Below are positions 1-14,525 of a DNA stretch of 64,000 nucleotides, one piece after another. Each line of letters opens with the position of its first letter. The first letter of the stretch is position 1. The notes beneath the pieces are model-generated. The model saw nothing but the letters and a program-made list of their open reading frames with translations. It was not told the origin of the DNA and searched no databases. The translations under genes and the position numbers were made by a program. The DNA is from Takakia lepidozioides (taxonomy: Eukaryota > Plantae > Bryophyta): contig CM060734.1 of assembly GCA_030704615.1 (NCBI GenBank), positions 47,616,001 to 47,680,000 on the forward strand, given 5' to 3'.

Positions 1-492
1 CAGATTGATGCACTCTGGAGCCAAATAACACAGCAGTTTCCGAAGACAACTGAAAAGTGGGAAGAGAAGACGAGAAAATCTCTTTTTTTGGCAAGAATGA
101 GCTCCATCTCTTTTCCTTGAGAAAGGGTGTAAACGTCCTTCTTGGTGATCCAAGCAGAGGCGAACTTGTTGCCTCCCGAGAAGAGCACCGAGGGGATCCC
201 AGCCGGGAAGCCGTAGATAATGGGGGCTATAGTGATAGCCACCGAATGAGCCCCCGCCAGCCAAGAAGCATCAGGCAGTTGCACATCTGCAAAAGACTTC
301 AAATGAAGGCAATACGTTGCCAAGCTCTGAGTCCCGTCCTTGGGGTTGAGCGGAAAGACAGCCGGAATATCTTCCGCTGCATAAGGAGCTCCCTGGGACG
401 GAGAAGAGAGCAGGTAAACACGAGGGCTGATTGCAGCTGGAGAAGCCACGGTATCAAGCCGCGATCTTTTGGACGGATGAGGCAGAGGTGGC

Positions 493-1101
493 GTGACATC
501 CAATCTTTTCCTGGAAGGCCCTGCCATAGCATCCTGGGAGGCCAAATGCACATCATCTGAGGGCTTGAAGCTTGGGGCAATCCGCCTTGATGTGCCCTTT
601 TGCGCGGGTCTAACTAATCATTTCTGTATGGCGCTAGGGAGAAACTACTACTCACTCATGTTCAGCTCTCCCGAGTTTGCTGTCAGGGCACTTGCCTTCA
701 ACGTTTGCCTCTCCAAGTGCCGTGTGCACATATTCCCCTGGTCAGCCGACTGGGGTCATAGAGGTGGTATCACATGCAGGCCTAGAGTCTTGGCACTCCC
801 TTACCTCCCTAGAAACTACCTCAGATCTCTGCCTGAGATAGGAGCTCATTTTGGGGTGTATATTGGCTCAATGAATGTTATTGATCAGATTCATCTTGAC
901 GCTCAAAGTATTGACAATGAAGTGTTATCCTTTGATGCCCAAAGAGACGGAGGAGCTCCCCAGATTGTGGTCATGATGCCAGTGGAGGCCTCCATCATCC
1001 CCACACTCAAGTTGTCGACATTGGACAACTTCTTCGTCACAGTGGCAGTCGAAGAGGTCTATATACCGGTGATTTGCTTTGCTCCGTGGCCCAGTTCCTG
1101 A
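493..1101 (+). mobile_element. Degenerate LINE ORF1-like (DUF4283-like) remnant
   Basis: Translation 'ALGRNYYSLMFSSPEFAVRAL...IFPWSADW...RVLALPYLPRNYLRSLPEIGAHFGVYIG' resembles the plant L1 ORF1 N-terminal domain pattern. No introns; surrounding DNA is repeat-like. Confidence 0.35.
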
Positions 1102-3351
1102 CGAACAATCTGTTGCGGACCCTGCCAGGGAAGTATAAGAGGACCCCTTGCTCAGCAAGCAGCTGAGAATGTTCCTTGTAATCTCCATGTTGAGTTGGAG
1201 AATGGGTTGAGCCTCTTCCACAGGGGCCACTTCTTCCCTCCAACAAAAGGAAGAACTGATCGGGGAGGCTGGTCGCCTGGGGCCAGCTCCCAGCACTCTA
1301 GGACCAGTGAAGGAGGGCCTTCTGCCATTAGGGTTGTTTCTAGCTCTAGGGTGTCTGCGAGCTTCTCCCCTATGATTGTTGGCACCGAAAGCAGCAGGGA
1401 CGTACGCCATGGTAACGAGAGCGAAAGCTGGGGAGATTAACAAGGGAAGCCGCGATGGAGATAAGGGACGCACTTGAAGATAAGAAGACCAAAAGAAGGG
1501 GACTTTTGCAAACGATGAAGTGAAACTGGAGCGCAGCAGAAGGGAGAAGAGGAAAAAGGGCGGGAAGCCACCGATAAGGCTTGGTGAGGAGCTGCGCGGG
1601 AGCCCGATTGGAATTAAGGCGGAGCGTGGGGAATGAAGAGCGCCGGGAAAAGGTGGGGCTTTCCCAGAGAAATAACATCGCTCACTGAGCTGTCAAGACA
1701 TCAAGTCCGAGGAGCCGACCAAGGCTGTTAAGAATTCATGTTGATGTAAGAAACTGAGAGAGGGAGAATCGGTGAGCATAGAGAAGAGATAGTTCCTTGT
1801 GGACGAACGAAGGAGGAAGAACGAGAGAAGGGGACTGTGAGGGGAGCTAGAAACGGCTAAGTTCAAGCCACATAGACCGCAAGATGCGGAGCTCCCCATC
1901 TCTTCCTTCTTCCTCTTTTCCTTCTTCCTTTGTATGTTCAAATTGTAAATATATGCAGGTAAATTTTCTAACAATGATTCATATAGAATATAAGCAATTA
2001 GTGCAACAATTTCGTAGGGAAACTACTACTTATGCACTAGAGTGATGACGCGCATGTGCTGCATTGATGAGCATGTCAGACTAAAGGCCTTGAGAAAGTG
2101 CGGCTGATTTTTACTCCTAGCCCGAAGAAGAGGCGGTACGGTCCTTTGCGCTTGAAAGACCGCGTCGCGAAGTTCAGCGGCGGCATGGATATGGGCGTTG
2201 TGGAACAGACCACGACAGATGGCGTGAGAATATCTTAAAAATATGGTACAACGAATCAAAAATACACTCACGCGACAAAATTGAGAAACTACTTTAAAAT
2301 TGTGCTCACGCGAGCACAGTGAGTTTCGTTGGTGTAACTATTGTTTTAATTTTCGGGGATTTGTTTTTTGGGGTTCGTTTGACCAACAAAGCTCATCGAG
2401 CTTACGTGAGCACAAGTTTTGAAGTAGATACATTAGCGAAATACTGCTGTTTATAATATTACAATTTTTTACTATCAAATATTTGTATTTTAATATATAC
2501 CCATAGGGTTTTAGCTAAATATACTCATAAACCATGTAACTCATCCTATTAATGTAGCAATACCCTATATCCACCTATGACTTGTATTTTTGCTTTGCAA
2601 ATATACTACGCATATATCGGTCGCACTTGTTTTTTCCCTTCCTTGCTCATGTCTTTTCTGCTCACACTGTGCTAATGAGATTACGAGCCCTTATATGGAG
2701 ATATGCTCTTGCTTCTATTGCTAATTGTAGCACATGGCCAGAGGGTAACTAAGAGGCACTTTTGCCTTTTTGTAGACACAAAAGACACAAGGTCATAAGT
2801 AGAGCTGCCCTTGACCAGTGCCGGACCAAACCAAAAGGTGCCCTTTGGGAGTGGATGAATCAGAGATACAAGACAAGACAATATACCACACAACATCTAT
2901 CATCTCATCCATCCAGAGCCTCTTTCATCCAGTCTACCACCGCAACAGAGCAGGCCAGCTGGGCTAATACCTATCCAGCCACGTGGACAGTGCCTAATCC
3001 ACTTACGGATATCTCATTTCCTTCGTGTCGATCCAGCCACCGTCAGATTCTGAATCGACGGACGCAGTTGCTTAGTTCGGGGACTCGTGGCATGGTCGTT
3101 CCTATCCGCGAGAACGGGCCCACACCACCGGGGAATAAACTGCTCCGCACGTGTGCTGGCATCCTTGGCTTTTCCGCTATTTTCTGTATTTGTTTTTTGT
3201 TTGTTTTCTTTAAACAAAGGGAATGTTTCTTATTTTAAGAAGGGAAACAAGGGGAGCGAATCAGGCCCCTTTCATATAGTGAGATGAAAAATAACCTCTT
3301 TCAAAGTAACCTCGCCCATCACCTTTGTAAGACTCTATGGCTACCAGCAAG

Positions 3352-3672
3352 ATTATTATTATTATTATTATTATTATTTATAAAAAGGAAACCTGGGAGC
3401 GACTGCTCACAATTCAGGCCCTTGAGGAGGGGAAAATAATAATAATAATAATTATTAAAATTATCATTTCCAAGTTCGACTTCTTTAAGACAGTTTTAAG
3501 GGCCTCAATTCCCCTTTACTCAAAAAATGAAAAAGAACAGAAAAAACCTTGGCATGAGGTGCCTATCAAGAGAGCGATCGCATAGGAAGGTTATACCACA
3601 CCGGACAAGGTAGCAGGATTTGAACCCAGACTCGCCTGGGTGGCACTTGAACTGAACAACCAATTGGTGGTG
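3352..3672 (-). mobile_element. Fragments of the same SINE family, opposite orientation
   Basis: 3387-3432 is the exact reverse complement of 4042-4087 and abuts an (ATT)n tail. A B box with the same flank (GGTTCAAATCCTGCTAC) lies on the minus strand at about 3610-3626. Confidence 0.7.
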
Positions 3673-3871
3673 TATTTTTTAACTTTCTGGTTGAAGGTGG
3701 ATGATGCCTACCTAGTATTCTTATTCCTTGCCACCTTACAAATGGAAGGCCGCAAGAAACAAGAAACGCCATAGGTTAGGTATGCTTCTGGGCACAAGAG
3801 TCAAATTTTAACGTATTAAAGCTGAGAAAAGAATATTATTAAAAAATATTGAAATAAAAATAAATACCTGC

Positions 3872-4111
3872 GGCTGGCCCTTGCTCAGTTGGATAGTTCA
3901 CTATGTGTCAGCCTGGTGGTTCAGGGTTCAAATCCTGCTACTCTGTCCTGTGGGTATGATTTGTTTCGTGACCGGTTGGTCTGGGGGTGATGTTCCCCTC
4001 CTCTGTGCCCAATGGCTTATCTGAAAGGGGGTAAATTTTTCCCCCTCCTCAAGGGCCTGAATTGTGAGCAGTCGCTCCCAGGTTTCCGTTATGCAAAAAG
4101 AAAAAAAGAAA
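3872..4111 (+). mobile_element. tRNA-derived SINE (apparently full length)
   Basis: A-box-like TTGCTCAGTTGG (3881-3892), B box GGTTCAAATCC (3925-3935), body not related to tRNA, A-rich tail 4095-4111. A second copy lies nearby. Confidence 0.75.
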
Positions 4112-7100
4112 TTGTGGAGCCTCTGAAGAAAAACACTTTTTAGATTTGAGAATAATAGTTATGTGACCGAGGGAATGGTGACGATAATATTCCGTGGGAT
4201 GATTTTATTCTGTACTTATTCTTAAATATAATGAATGATATCCACAAGAAAACAAAACTGCCTGTTCAGTGTTTTTTTTTTCATTGTTTATAATAATGAT
4301 AATCCTAATCTTTTAGAACTGTTCTTTTTTTTTTAATAAAGGAAAAGGGACGGAGGCCCTTTTAATTAAATTAATTAAAGTAAATAGTCACAATAGTGGA
4401 AAAAATAACCACTGTGGGTAACTGCGGGGAAACTTCCCCGTAACTTCTTATTGAAAAACCGTGTGCGCGAAAAAAAACACGGACCCTGAAAGCACCCGAC
4501 TTTGCGACGGAGACTACGGAGTAACTTGCTCTATTTTGGAGCTCGCACATGGATATTCTTTTTGGCTTTTTCCATGTATTTCTCCGAAATCATTTAAACC
4601 TACCGTTCGGTCTAGAACCAATGTAGTAGTAGCTAACTAGTTAGCGAAAGGTACTAGTAAGTTACTAGGGTAAGTTACTATGTAGTGGGAGTTGTTCAAC
4701 GGCCATTGAATGCTCGCCCGCGATTTTGGCGATTGCTATCCGGACCACTTTATTATATTATTTATGTTAATAATAGTAATTACCTCCCATATCTACCTCA
4801 TGGTTTCACCACTTGGGTGATCTGTGTGGGAATTATCGACACTAAGCCGTTGATGTAGCGGATCCAACGGTCTCATTCAAACCTTCCTGGCGCGGACACG
4901 TCGACTACTGATGGTAGGTATACGTACGATTGTTGCCTCACGTACGTACACATATACGTTTTGACGTACTATATCTCTATACCTCCGCCTGCATTTTTAT
5001 ACTCTTGGACTTCTGACAAGAGGTGATTTCGCAGAAATATATGTATGTGGTTTCTACTTTCTAGTATTAGCCTGCCACCGAAGGTCAAAGACTGCATTTA
5101 TGAACGCATATAGCGCCAAAAATAATAAAATAATAAAATAATAAAGCGCCGAGCGACAATCTTCTGCTTCTTAATTTGCCTTCAAAAAAGGCATAAACTG
5201 CCCCCAGGGCGCAAAATCCTTAACTTACATATAAGATGCACAGAAACTTAATCTTGGATGAATGAAACTGGATGTGGTGGATGATATTTCCTATTCTATG
5301 AAAGCAACTTGTGGAAAGAGGGGATAAAAATGTGGTGTGGTCATGCCTACCGCAAGGGACACAAGCCGTCGTCGGTTTGTACTCTCCACATCAATTCAAT
5401 GACCATGTAGGATTCCTAAGTATTTATTGTGTGACCGGCATCAAACATACAATGTGTCATAAAAATATAATATAATTACCTTTTGAAGAGGTGAGAGCTA
5501 GTAAGTTTTCCATAACGGAGTAATAAGGCAAATAACAAGTTCTTAGATGGATTGATGAAGAATGCAGAAGGGCCATTTCATGGATGAATGATAATTTGCA
5601 ATGGTGATACCACCACAAGCAATGATCCTACTGATGATGGATTTGATGGGTTAGTCATCATTCGTTATACACTCTAATGTTTCCTTAGGCCCCCGCCGCA
5701 CCGGGCTGCCAGCGTAGAACACCTGCTAACGGTTAGCAGGCCCGTTTTCATAACAGCTGCTCCAACTTAACTTATATTCTTATGTTTCCCGACGATAATT
5801 GTCCACAGCGGGCGTTGTGTAGATATCCCCATACTATGAAAAGCTACAGAGAATGTTGGAGGAATGCGCTCCGCAAGAAGGTGTGCGACATGGTGGGGAG
5901 AAACTGCCCCGCATCAGTCAACGTCTTCACCAACAACTAACAACTGGTGGTACTCGGACTCTCCCATTGCACCAACATCGTCCCGCAGATGTTACACTGT
6001 GTTGTCCCAGGGTACCGAAAAGGGGTGTGGGAATTGTGCACACAGGACATGATCTCACCGGCCCTTGGTGGTGTGTAGACCGTCGATGCGAAAATCATCA
6101 TAAGTAACGGCGATGGATATTTCGTTACCGGAATCTTTAGTCTAGAGACGGTCCCATGCTTGTCCCATCATCAACCTCATCGTCATCCCAATCTAAACCA
6201 AAAGTACAAGACTGGGATACTTATCCTGTAGATTTGACGAGAATATTACTCGAATATACCTTATGTGGAACGGATGGACGGCAGGGGGTACGAGGTGTGC
6301 ACGCGAACGGAACGTCGGGGGTTGGTCCATTCCAGCACGTACGATCTACGTATTCACAACGTCATTACACATTATGCGATACTGTACAACCGTATGGATA
6401 CCACCACCCGATGACCACGGTAAATACCTACCCTGTCGGTATTCCGGCGGTAGGTGCCTATTTGGGGGCAGGGTGGTGTAAATAGAGAGAGGCGCACTGC
6501 CCCACCCGAACAAATGGCGGCTGCGGATGCACGCTACATGACCCGCCATGTAGGATGCGCGGGGTCTGCCACGCGGCAGGCCCGTGGCGTCAGCCACGAC
6601 GCCCGCCCCCGCCCAAGCCACCGGTCGCCGGATGAGCCGGTCACCCCCGCCGTGCGGTCTGCGCTCTGACCGTCCGATGGTCGGGGAGGCGGGAAAGGGT
6701 CGTTGAAAGCTTTACCACGTGGCAGGGAGGCAGTGGCGGGATCGTGGCGGGGTTGGCTGGATGCGCAGTTGCCGGTTAGCCGGTGACCGCAGGCGGGCAC
6801 CCGTCGTTGTGACTCGGTCGCTGGGGCTGCATCCGGCGGTAACCTTCGGCGCCCGGCGAGCAGGACCGGGTGGGTTCCGTTGTAGGACCGGAGAGCAAAC
6901 GGTTAGCCCCCCCCCCCCCCCGTCTCTCGCTGCGTTCTTCCTTCCCGTGTTGGTGGGGGAGCTGCCTCGCTTCTTATCCAGCCGCCTCGCAGCGCTTGAC
7001 GCATGGCAGGGGGAGGGGCCCAGGGTCGCCGCATTGGAGCTTTAAGCCTCGTTTCCCGTTTCCCCAGATGTTGCACGACGTGTTGCTTCTGCTTTCTTCT

Positions 7101-8093
7101 CAGAAGGTGGCCTGTAGAGTGAGTAGCAGCAGTGTGAATCGGTTATTTGCCTCCCCTTAGTCTCTGCGGCCTTTTATTTAGCCCCGTGTTTTCTTTGCTT
7201 TCCAGTTGTGGCTGTCCGACTTCGCTGGGGTGTTAGGAAGGTGAAACGTACGAGGGGAGGGCCCGGAGGGACGGGACGGGGAGGTGGAGTCAGTGTTACA
7301 CTACACGCAAGTTGAGGTTGCGAGGGAGACAAGCCAAGCCAAGCCAAGTGTGTTTTTTCTCTTTTGGAAGTGTCTGTGTGGTACTGTTGGAGGAGGTCCA
7401 GTAATCGTCTTGTAAATACTCAATTCAGACAATTTCCTGCTTCCGAGGATCAGTTCCTTAATTGCTGCTAAGGATGCCCCGTGACAATCGAAGGGAATCC
7501 GGGATTGCTTGGGAGTCCAGAGCTATTCACAGTAGTGGCTGCAAGTCGCGGCTATGGATTCCAAGGATGAGACTCTGATATTTGGGACGGGAAGCGGTTC
7601 ACTCTTGTAGAAGGAGGTTTTCCCGGAGAGCTTGCAGCAGAAACGAGGAGTTTAAATTTGTAGAGGCAGATTCTGTGTCTCAACAGTGTATCCTGCTTGA
7701 AGGTTACCAATTTCACACTGAGGCTGCGTGCCGTTGTATTTGACGCTGTCCGGCTTGAAGATTAGAGGCCGAAATATTTTTTCAGAAGAACTCACCTCGA
7801 ATTGCGAGAGAGACGATTCGAGGGAACTGAAAATGAATGGTGCAGGGGCAGTCATTGCATCTGCAGATTTAGATTAGTCGAGCAGCTACTATTCTAGGGG
7901 GCCTGCAAGGGTCTGATATCTACGAGACTTTCCTCCAGACTTTAAATATTTGGAATCCACTGCGGTCCGCAGAGCGTTCCAAATTCAATTTTCGTTAACT
8001 CTGCCTCCTCGCGCACTAGAGAGCGTTTGATACGCGGTCAAGCTCCGGGGGACTTCTGCGCTAGAGCGGTATAAGTGGGAGGGAAAGACAGAA

Positions 8094-11000
8094 ATGGATG
8101 CAGCAGTAGATCGTGGGCATGTTCAGAAACCAGTGATTACGAATCCCAGCGAATGGGAAGAATCTTACAGGCCGCTCCCTTACCTTTTCTTCGGGCTTCT
8201 GATAATATGGATAGTTCTGGTGTTTATTTGGACCTTAAACACTTGGACCAAGCGGAGATGGCAGGTATGCTACCACTCTCTTTCTTTTCTTTTCACACTA
8301 TCCTGTCTCTTTCTGCGTTTTATGATGTGAAAGGGAGAAGGACATGCAGGATTGTGATCATCGGACTGGCTCCTGGCTTTAGAGATTTTGGAACTCTTGA
8401 AGTTACCTCTCTTTTTTGCCCCTTCCTTCCCACCCGCCCCATTCCACGGGCGTAATATGCTTATGGCCAGTATCCTTTAATGCATATTTCAATCTTCTTT
8501 TTATCTTGCAAACTCAGTTGGAGGTTGGTGCGTGTGATGGGCCGTTTTTACGTTTCTTGGGAACCGGAGAAATCCCTAATTTGCAACCCCAGGTTCTCAT
8601 AGTTGAGCTCAGCAGAAATGTGACAACAGCTGAATCGAAATGAACCTAAGAATAGAATCTCAGCGGTCTTCTAGTCTCTTTAGGTGCATAGTCCACACAT
8701 ACAATCTTTGGTGGTTTCAAGTGGTTAACTTGATAAAATTCCTGCAGTCAAGCGACATACTGTGGAAGTCGCTCCACATCAACATCTTCTTCTGCTAGAC
8801 GGGTATATTAGTTAGCAAGTGGGATGACAACTGAAATGAAGTAGCTTAGAGTTCATGGTATTTTCTGAAATGAGAACATGAGATTTTTAGGGGTACTGAT
8901 TTGGAGGCACAGCAGATGGTATCAGTGTTTGATGGAGTTCAATCCATTTTCTCATTGATTTGTGCATGTTTCTCTAATTTGTCAGGGAAGAATGGAGGAA
9001 AAAAAACTGGTGGTGCAGGGTTTTTGTGTTTAAATTTTGGGCATTAAGTTCTCTGGTCCTAGAGCCCCTGCACTTGTGGCCCTCTTTGCCCGTTATAAAG
9101 TTTCTTTCTCTTTGCTAACGTGAAATGTTGGATTTTGGGGGACAGACAAGTAATTTGCAGTGGGTTTTAACATCAGTACCCATTCTCAAGGCGCTCGTGC
9201 TAGGGCTCTCCTTTGTGTTTTGGTAAGTTGGCTTCCAACAGACAGAACTGATTTCAGGGGGCGGCTCTGATAGGAATATGTTGTGTCTTATGCTAAGTTG
9301 AATCCTCTCTTCAATATAGGAGCTGTAACAAGGCCATTTCCTATAGTCAACCTTAGCTGGGCCACAGTTATTGCTCACTTGGACTAATCTTGATTTTCGC
9401 AGAAAATTTCCCATGGTAGGCCTAGAAACTGTTGCCTAGAATTTACCATTCTGTTGCTATCATGTAGTTATTTGGTTTGCTGAGATGCGTGTGTGATTTG
9501 GTATGAACTGCAGGTACTCGTGCCTAAATCTCAGCACGTGCTCATTTTGGGTGGCGTTTGGAGTGTTTGTATCACGCATTTTTTTTGAGACAGCGTGTTT
9601 CATTGCATTTCTGTTGATCGCACATGGCTACTGTATCATGCACGAGCAGCTTTCCACAGCTGAGCGCCGCAGCATTGCTGGCCTGGCCTCCCTGTTGTAC
9701 TTGACCCTCACAGGCTACAAGGCTGCTGTTCCTCAATTTGCTGTAAGTGCAAGTTTGCTTCTTGAACATATGAATTGATATTGTGTCCTTAAATCTATCC
9801 CTCCATCTCCTGGCCTTTCAATTTTGATATTCACACATTCCACCAGAAGTAGATCTAGTCTTTAATATTCTATTTCATTTTGTATATTAAGAAAGAACTT
9901 TGAATAGACTCAAAACCAGTTCTTGTTATTTTTAAGAAGACTTCGAGTTTCTAGTTAAAATTTCCATCTCCTCCCCCTCCCACTACCTCCCCACCATTGA
10001 CTGGTTCTATGGCTATAGTTGGCAGGGTCTAAAAGATTATGTTTCTGTTGCTTCTCTGCAGGTGCTGGTGGTGCTGATCTATGGCGTGATGCTGTACGTG
10101 ATCATGGTACATGTGGCACGCAATCTGGCAGTGCTGCGGGAGCAGCTCCAACATATTCAGGATGAAGGTGTCCACATGATGCATACTGCCATCTACACCA
10201 AATACACCATGTTCAAGTATGTTCTCTCCTTCCCTATCAGCTACTGTCTCTCTAAACTTCCTCGTATTCTCTGGGCCACTGATTGGTAGAGACAAGAGCA
10301 ACCAAGTGTCCAGGTGGCTGCAAGGTCAAAGTGCCAAGAGAAGCCATGTATAGGTCTCATGCAAAAAATAAAGTGAAAGAGTTTAGTGCTGCAAATGTTC
10401 CGGTACACTTGCTGACTTATCAAATCTGAATCAATTCAGGAAATTTCAAGGAGCGATGCTGATGATGGTGGTGGCAGAAATATTGGTATGCTCCTGTCTA
10501 AGATGCATGCAGAGTATCAGTGTCTAAATATACACGTTATTGTCCTGTGCCAACTTTGGCTATGATGTGTCATTGAGAACTTGGTTGTCGCTGGATACCA
10601 TGGTATCCAGCTGCCACTTGTCATGGGGTGTCACTTGTCACCCACCAGGTGTAGGTATTTATTGTAGGTAGAAGATGCTGCTGGACAGTTTTGATGCACT
10701 TCAATGAGAATGTTAATACAGAGACTTGGAAAGCTGATGCTGAGTTAGAGTCCTTTGGAGTACCAGTAATGCATGGCTGATATGTCAATGCTTGTTGTGG
10801 TTTACTTTCATGGAGTGGTGGTTCATTGAGAATCATGAAGTTGAGATGGAATGATTGTGCATAAATGATACTAGTTGTAACATGTTTTGTGGAACAGATG
10901 CATGCAAGGGCGGAGGGTGTTGCAAACGAATATTGGATGCGCCTCTTGGTGCGAGAATGGACTGAGATTGGGATTTTCTTTTATATTGGGTATGCTGCAT

Positions 11001-12884
11001 GGGTCTCTTTTGTTACCTGCCACCTTCAAGTCTTTTCTCTCTTCATCAACTCAATAGGCTATTTGCTGAACACTACAGCCTTCTGAGGCAGTATTGATAC
11101 GGTGGTAGGGTAAAGCACGGAACTGACTGAGGATAATGCCATTACAGTCAGCATTCACTGGAAATTATCAACAACTTCACTTGTGCACACATGTACATTG
11201 CTTGTTCATCTATATCTTGCATTTAACTGGTCTACAAAGGGTTAGTTACCAATGAAGATCAGGAGGGAAGGTTCTAGGACCTGCATATGACTGTAGATTT
11301 TGCAGAGGTGTCAGAGAACATTTTCACTCCTGTCTATGCTGTTAATATATTTGAATTGATGCCATTGCAGCTGGACTTTCAGATCAAGAGAGCTCACTCC
11401 ATTCTTCACAGTCATTCCAACCTTGCATGCTTCGGGGCAACGTGTATTGCCGCCCATTTACAGTGTTGTAAGTTCCCTTCTCACAATGTGCATGCGTGCG
11501 AGCTTTTTGAGAATGTACTCAGAAGACGATGTCTTGCTGTAGTCTTGTGGCCATGGAACCCGCACCAAGTTTGGGTGGAACAAAAGAGGGAACACACACT
11601 AGTGACCTTTGTGAGGGACTCACTCTGGTAGTGGGACTTACCTTGGTATAAATAATTAGTTGGGGCTTTCCAGATATCCTCTAGAAAGCCCTTCACAGAC
11701 GCTGAGCGAGCTTCTTGAGAGAGACAGACAAATGCAGGTGATAATGTACTTGAAATCCCTGTCTAGCCACTCTCTCAAAGTCTGCTGTTGGCCTGTGTCT
11801 TCAGGAAATGAATGAGAAGGATTTCAACAACCTGGATTTCAAAGAATGGCATATTGGAGTGGTAAGTTCTATTCAGGTCCTTCTTCATAAAAACAATCAG
11901 ACCTCCAGAACCTCCACCTACCGTGGTTCTCTCCTTATATGGGCCATTGGGGCCCCCTGTGGATGTCATAAAGTTCCTCTGTTTCTTTCCTGCTTTCTCC
12001 ATTTGCACCATTTGTGTTAGATCAGTGTCTCAAATAGGTCACAAGATGTGGGAAAGATGTGGGAGGTTATGTTGTCATTGTGGCGTAGCTAACCAGGGGG
12101 TATTCTGTAAAATTACTTGATTCTTTCCCGTGCCATGAATGTAGGAGGCACCTTACATCAAACGTCATAAAACAATACCCCAAACTGGTTGTGTGTGTCT
12201 ATCAATCAAATTTGTAAATTTCTCTAGATGCTGACTATAACATGTGGGACCTTTTGCCCAATGCAGCCAACCTCTCTGGGAAAAGGGACAGGAGGCCATC
12301 GATCAATGCTTGTGATTGTCCAAAATCCGGGCATGTCGAGTTTTGGCTACACCGAGGATGTACCTAGCTCTGTTTTGTTGCAGGAAGCTGCATACAGCAT
12401 TCCGGCAAGTTTCCAGACCCCCTCAGTTCCATCCCCGCCAACAAACACCCCAGGGTCTGACCCCTCCTCTTCTGTAGCTGAAAATTTTGTCCTTCCCCGG
12501 ACCGCTTCTCAATCAGATTGCGAGGGCTTGCAGCTACGCCCTCTTCTTACTTTTGTGGGTGCATGTGGTCGAAGCTCGAGCAATGTAAGCAGCATGGGTG
12601 AGCATACCGTGGGAAAAGAAACTGACTTTGGTGCTGCTGTCAAGTTTGGCGAGAGGGAAGCAAGGGTGGAGGGCAAAAGAGGTTTCGAAGGGGGTGAGGA
12701 AAACACTGCATTGCAGGTGAATGAGGTAGTGGTAGATATGGGTAAGGGTCCGAAGGACTATTCTTTGATCTCCTTCGGCAACTCCTGCTGCGATCCCCAC
12801 CCATCCAAGCACTCATCATTGCATGGAAGATCGGCTATGAATTCTGAATTGCAATCCCTACTTTCTCACCAATCTAGCGTGTAG
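8094..12884 (+). CDS. Conserved plant multi-pass membrane protein of unknown function, 9 exons
   Basis: GT-AG exons 8094-8264, 9146-9222, 9514-9742, 10062-10216, 10440-10485, 10898-10989, 11371-11467, 11805-11861, 12267-12884 join in frame: ...WTLNTWTKRRWQ/TSNLQWVLTSVPILKALVLGLSFVFW/YSCLNLSTCSFWVAFGVF...GYKAAVPQFA... Several hydrophobic helices, then a low-complexity C-terminal tail. Confidence 0.85.
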
Positions 12885-13413
12885 TGTCTTATTGGCTTTT
12901 TTCCCTGCACCAGGCTCTCTCTCTCCCTCCCCTTTCCGAATACTTCTAAGTACAACTCCAAAAGGTGTCAGCCTGGACAAAATGTCTGGATGCCTGATTC
13001 GGATTCCCTTGTAAACTATGAGCCTACACCACAGCCAATAGTGATCATTCAAGGTACCTCCGCCTTCCCATTGATCCCTGATAAAGGGAGAGAAGGTGAT
13101 TAAACTGTACATTTCATTGTAAATCTTTTAGGTAGTTTAACTCTCCCCAAGGATCTTTCGATCCAGGGGACACAAGAGATATGTTAGTTGCCAGTCTGTC
13201 TGAGCATTGAGATGTCCTAAAAGAGAAGGGCTGCCATAGAAACAAGTGCTCTTTTCCTGTTTCTCTGCTTCGAGTCAGTGGACTTCTTCTCATGGCTTTT
13301 TGCTGATCATGAGCAACTGTATAATACACCACACATGTGTACGAAGTATGCATCGGAGAATATATAAATGTGAGATGGACACATCTTGGAAGTCACAAGG
13401 GTAAAGTTGCTTT

Positions 13414-13820
13414 TCTCTCTATTGTCTCTATTGTTCTCTCTCTTCCTGTATATACTAGGAACACTCGCTGAGTAAATTGTGCCTTGACATGCTTGCTTCG
13501 GTGCTGTCCTTGTTGTCTTGTTATCATTTCACAAATCAATGTCACTGATGTTATTCTGAACAAGTGTCCAGTGAGTACTGAGGTATGCTCATATGAAGAA
13601 TTGCTGTCAGATTCTTCCACTCTCTCTATTGTCTATATTGTTCTCTCTCTTCCTATACATGATAGGAACAGTTGCTGAGTAAATTGTGCCTTGATATGCT
13701 TGCTTTGGTGCTGTCCCTGTTGTCTTGTTATCATTTCACAAATCTATGTCACTGATGTTATTCTGAACAATGAGTCTTGCAAATGATGTATGTTCATATT
13801 AAGAGTTGCTGTCAGATTCT
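13414..13820. repeat. Diverged tandem duplication, about 205-bp unit x2
   Basis: 13414-13615 and 13621-13820 align along their length (e.g. 'gctgagtaaattgtgccttga', 'gtcactgatgttattctgaacaa', 'ttgctgtcagattct') with scattered substitutions. Confidence 0.85.
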
Positions 13821-14525
13821 CGTTTTCTTAGTCTTGCTAAAGCAGTCGACTGATCACAGCTACATGTGCCACATTCTATGTCAGTGTGTGTGAGCTACAG
13901 CCGGAGTCAATGTCGTGCTTTTCTATCATGATGTCTATCCCTCTACAACGATAACGGCAACATAACACCGACAGTCGCGATTCAAGCAATCGGAGAGCAA
14001 CACAAGCTTTAAGCATTCATCTCCACTCTACCAACTTCCCTCCACATGTCTTGCAAATGGAACAAAGTCTCCCGAATGCACAGAGGCCTGCGTTGTGGTT
14101 GTTGAGATCATTTCCAAGATTGCTGGGTCAAACAAAGTCTCGTGGGCCGCCATGCAATTCTGTGATCTGCCCATCCTATGAACGAGCCTAATTTTGGTCA
14201 TGTCACGGGGTGGACTTATGAAAGATTGTCTGTCATCATATGAAACCGTGCCAACTTCAAACCTAGAATCAATGCAAAAGGCCCAGGAAAATGCTTGAGC
14301 TCGAACGGGAAAGAATCTTATTGTTGGTCGACTAGTGACAGCAGGAGCTCTATGCTGGCCGCCATAACTCAGAGCTTCATCTGCTTGGTTCGTCCCTTAT
14401 TTGACTAGCTACATACATCGTTATGAGCGTTCCATGGAATTGCAGTGCTGAGTGTTGTCTCTCTGTTGCGGTGTTGTGGGTAGTTTGCTAACTTGAGGAT
14501 TTTGTGCACTTGGGCCTTCTTCCAC

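Noticed and set aside
3872-3945. Possible tRNA gene
   Set aside because: A and B boxes are present, but there is no acceptor or anticodon stem, and it continues into a repeated body with an A tail: a SINE.
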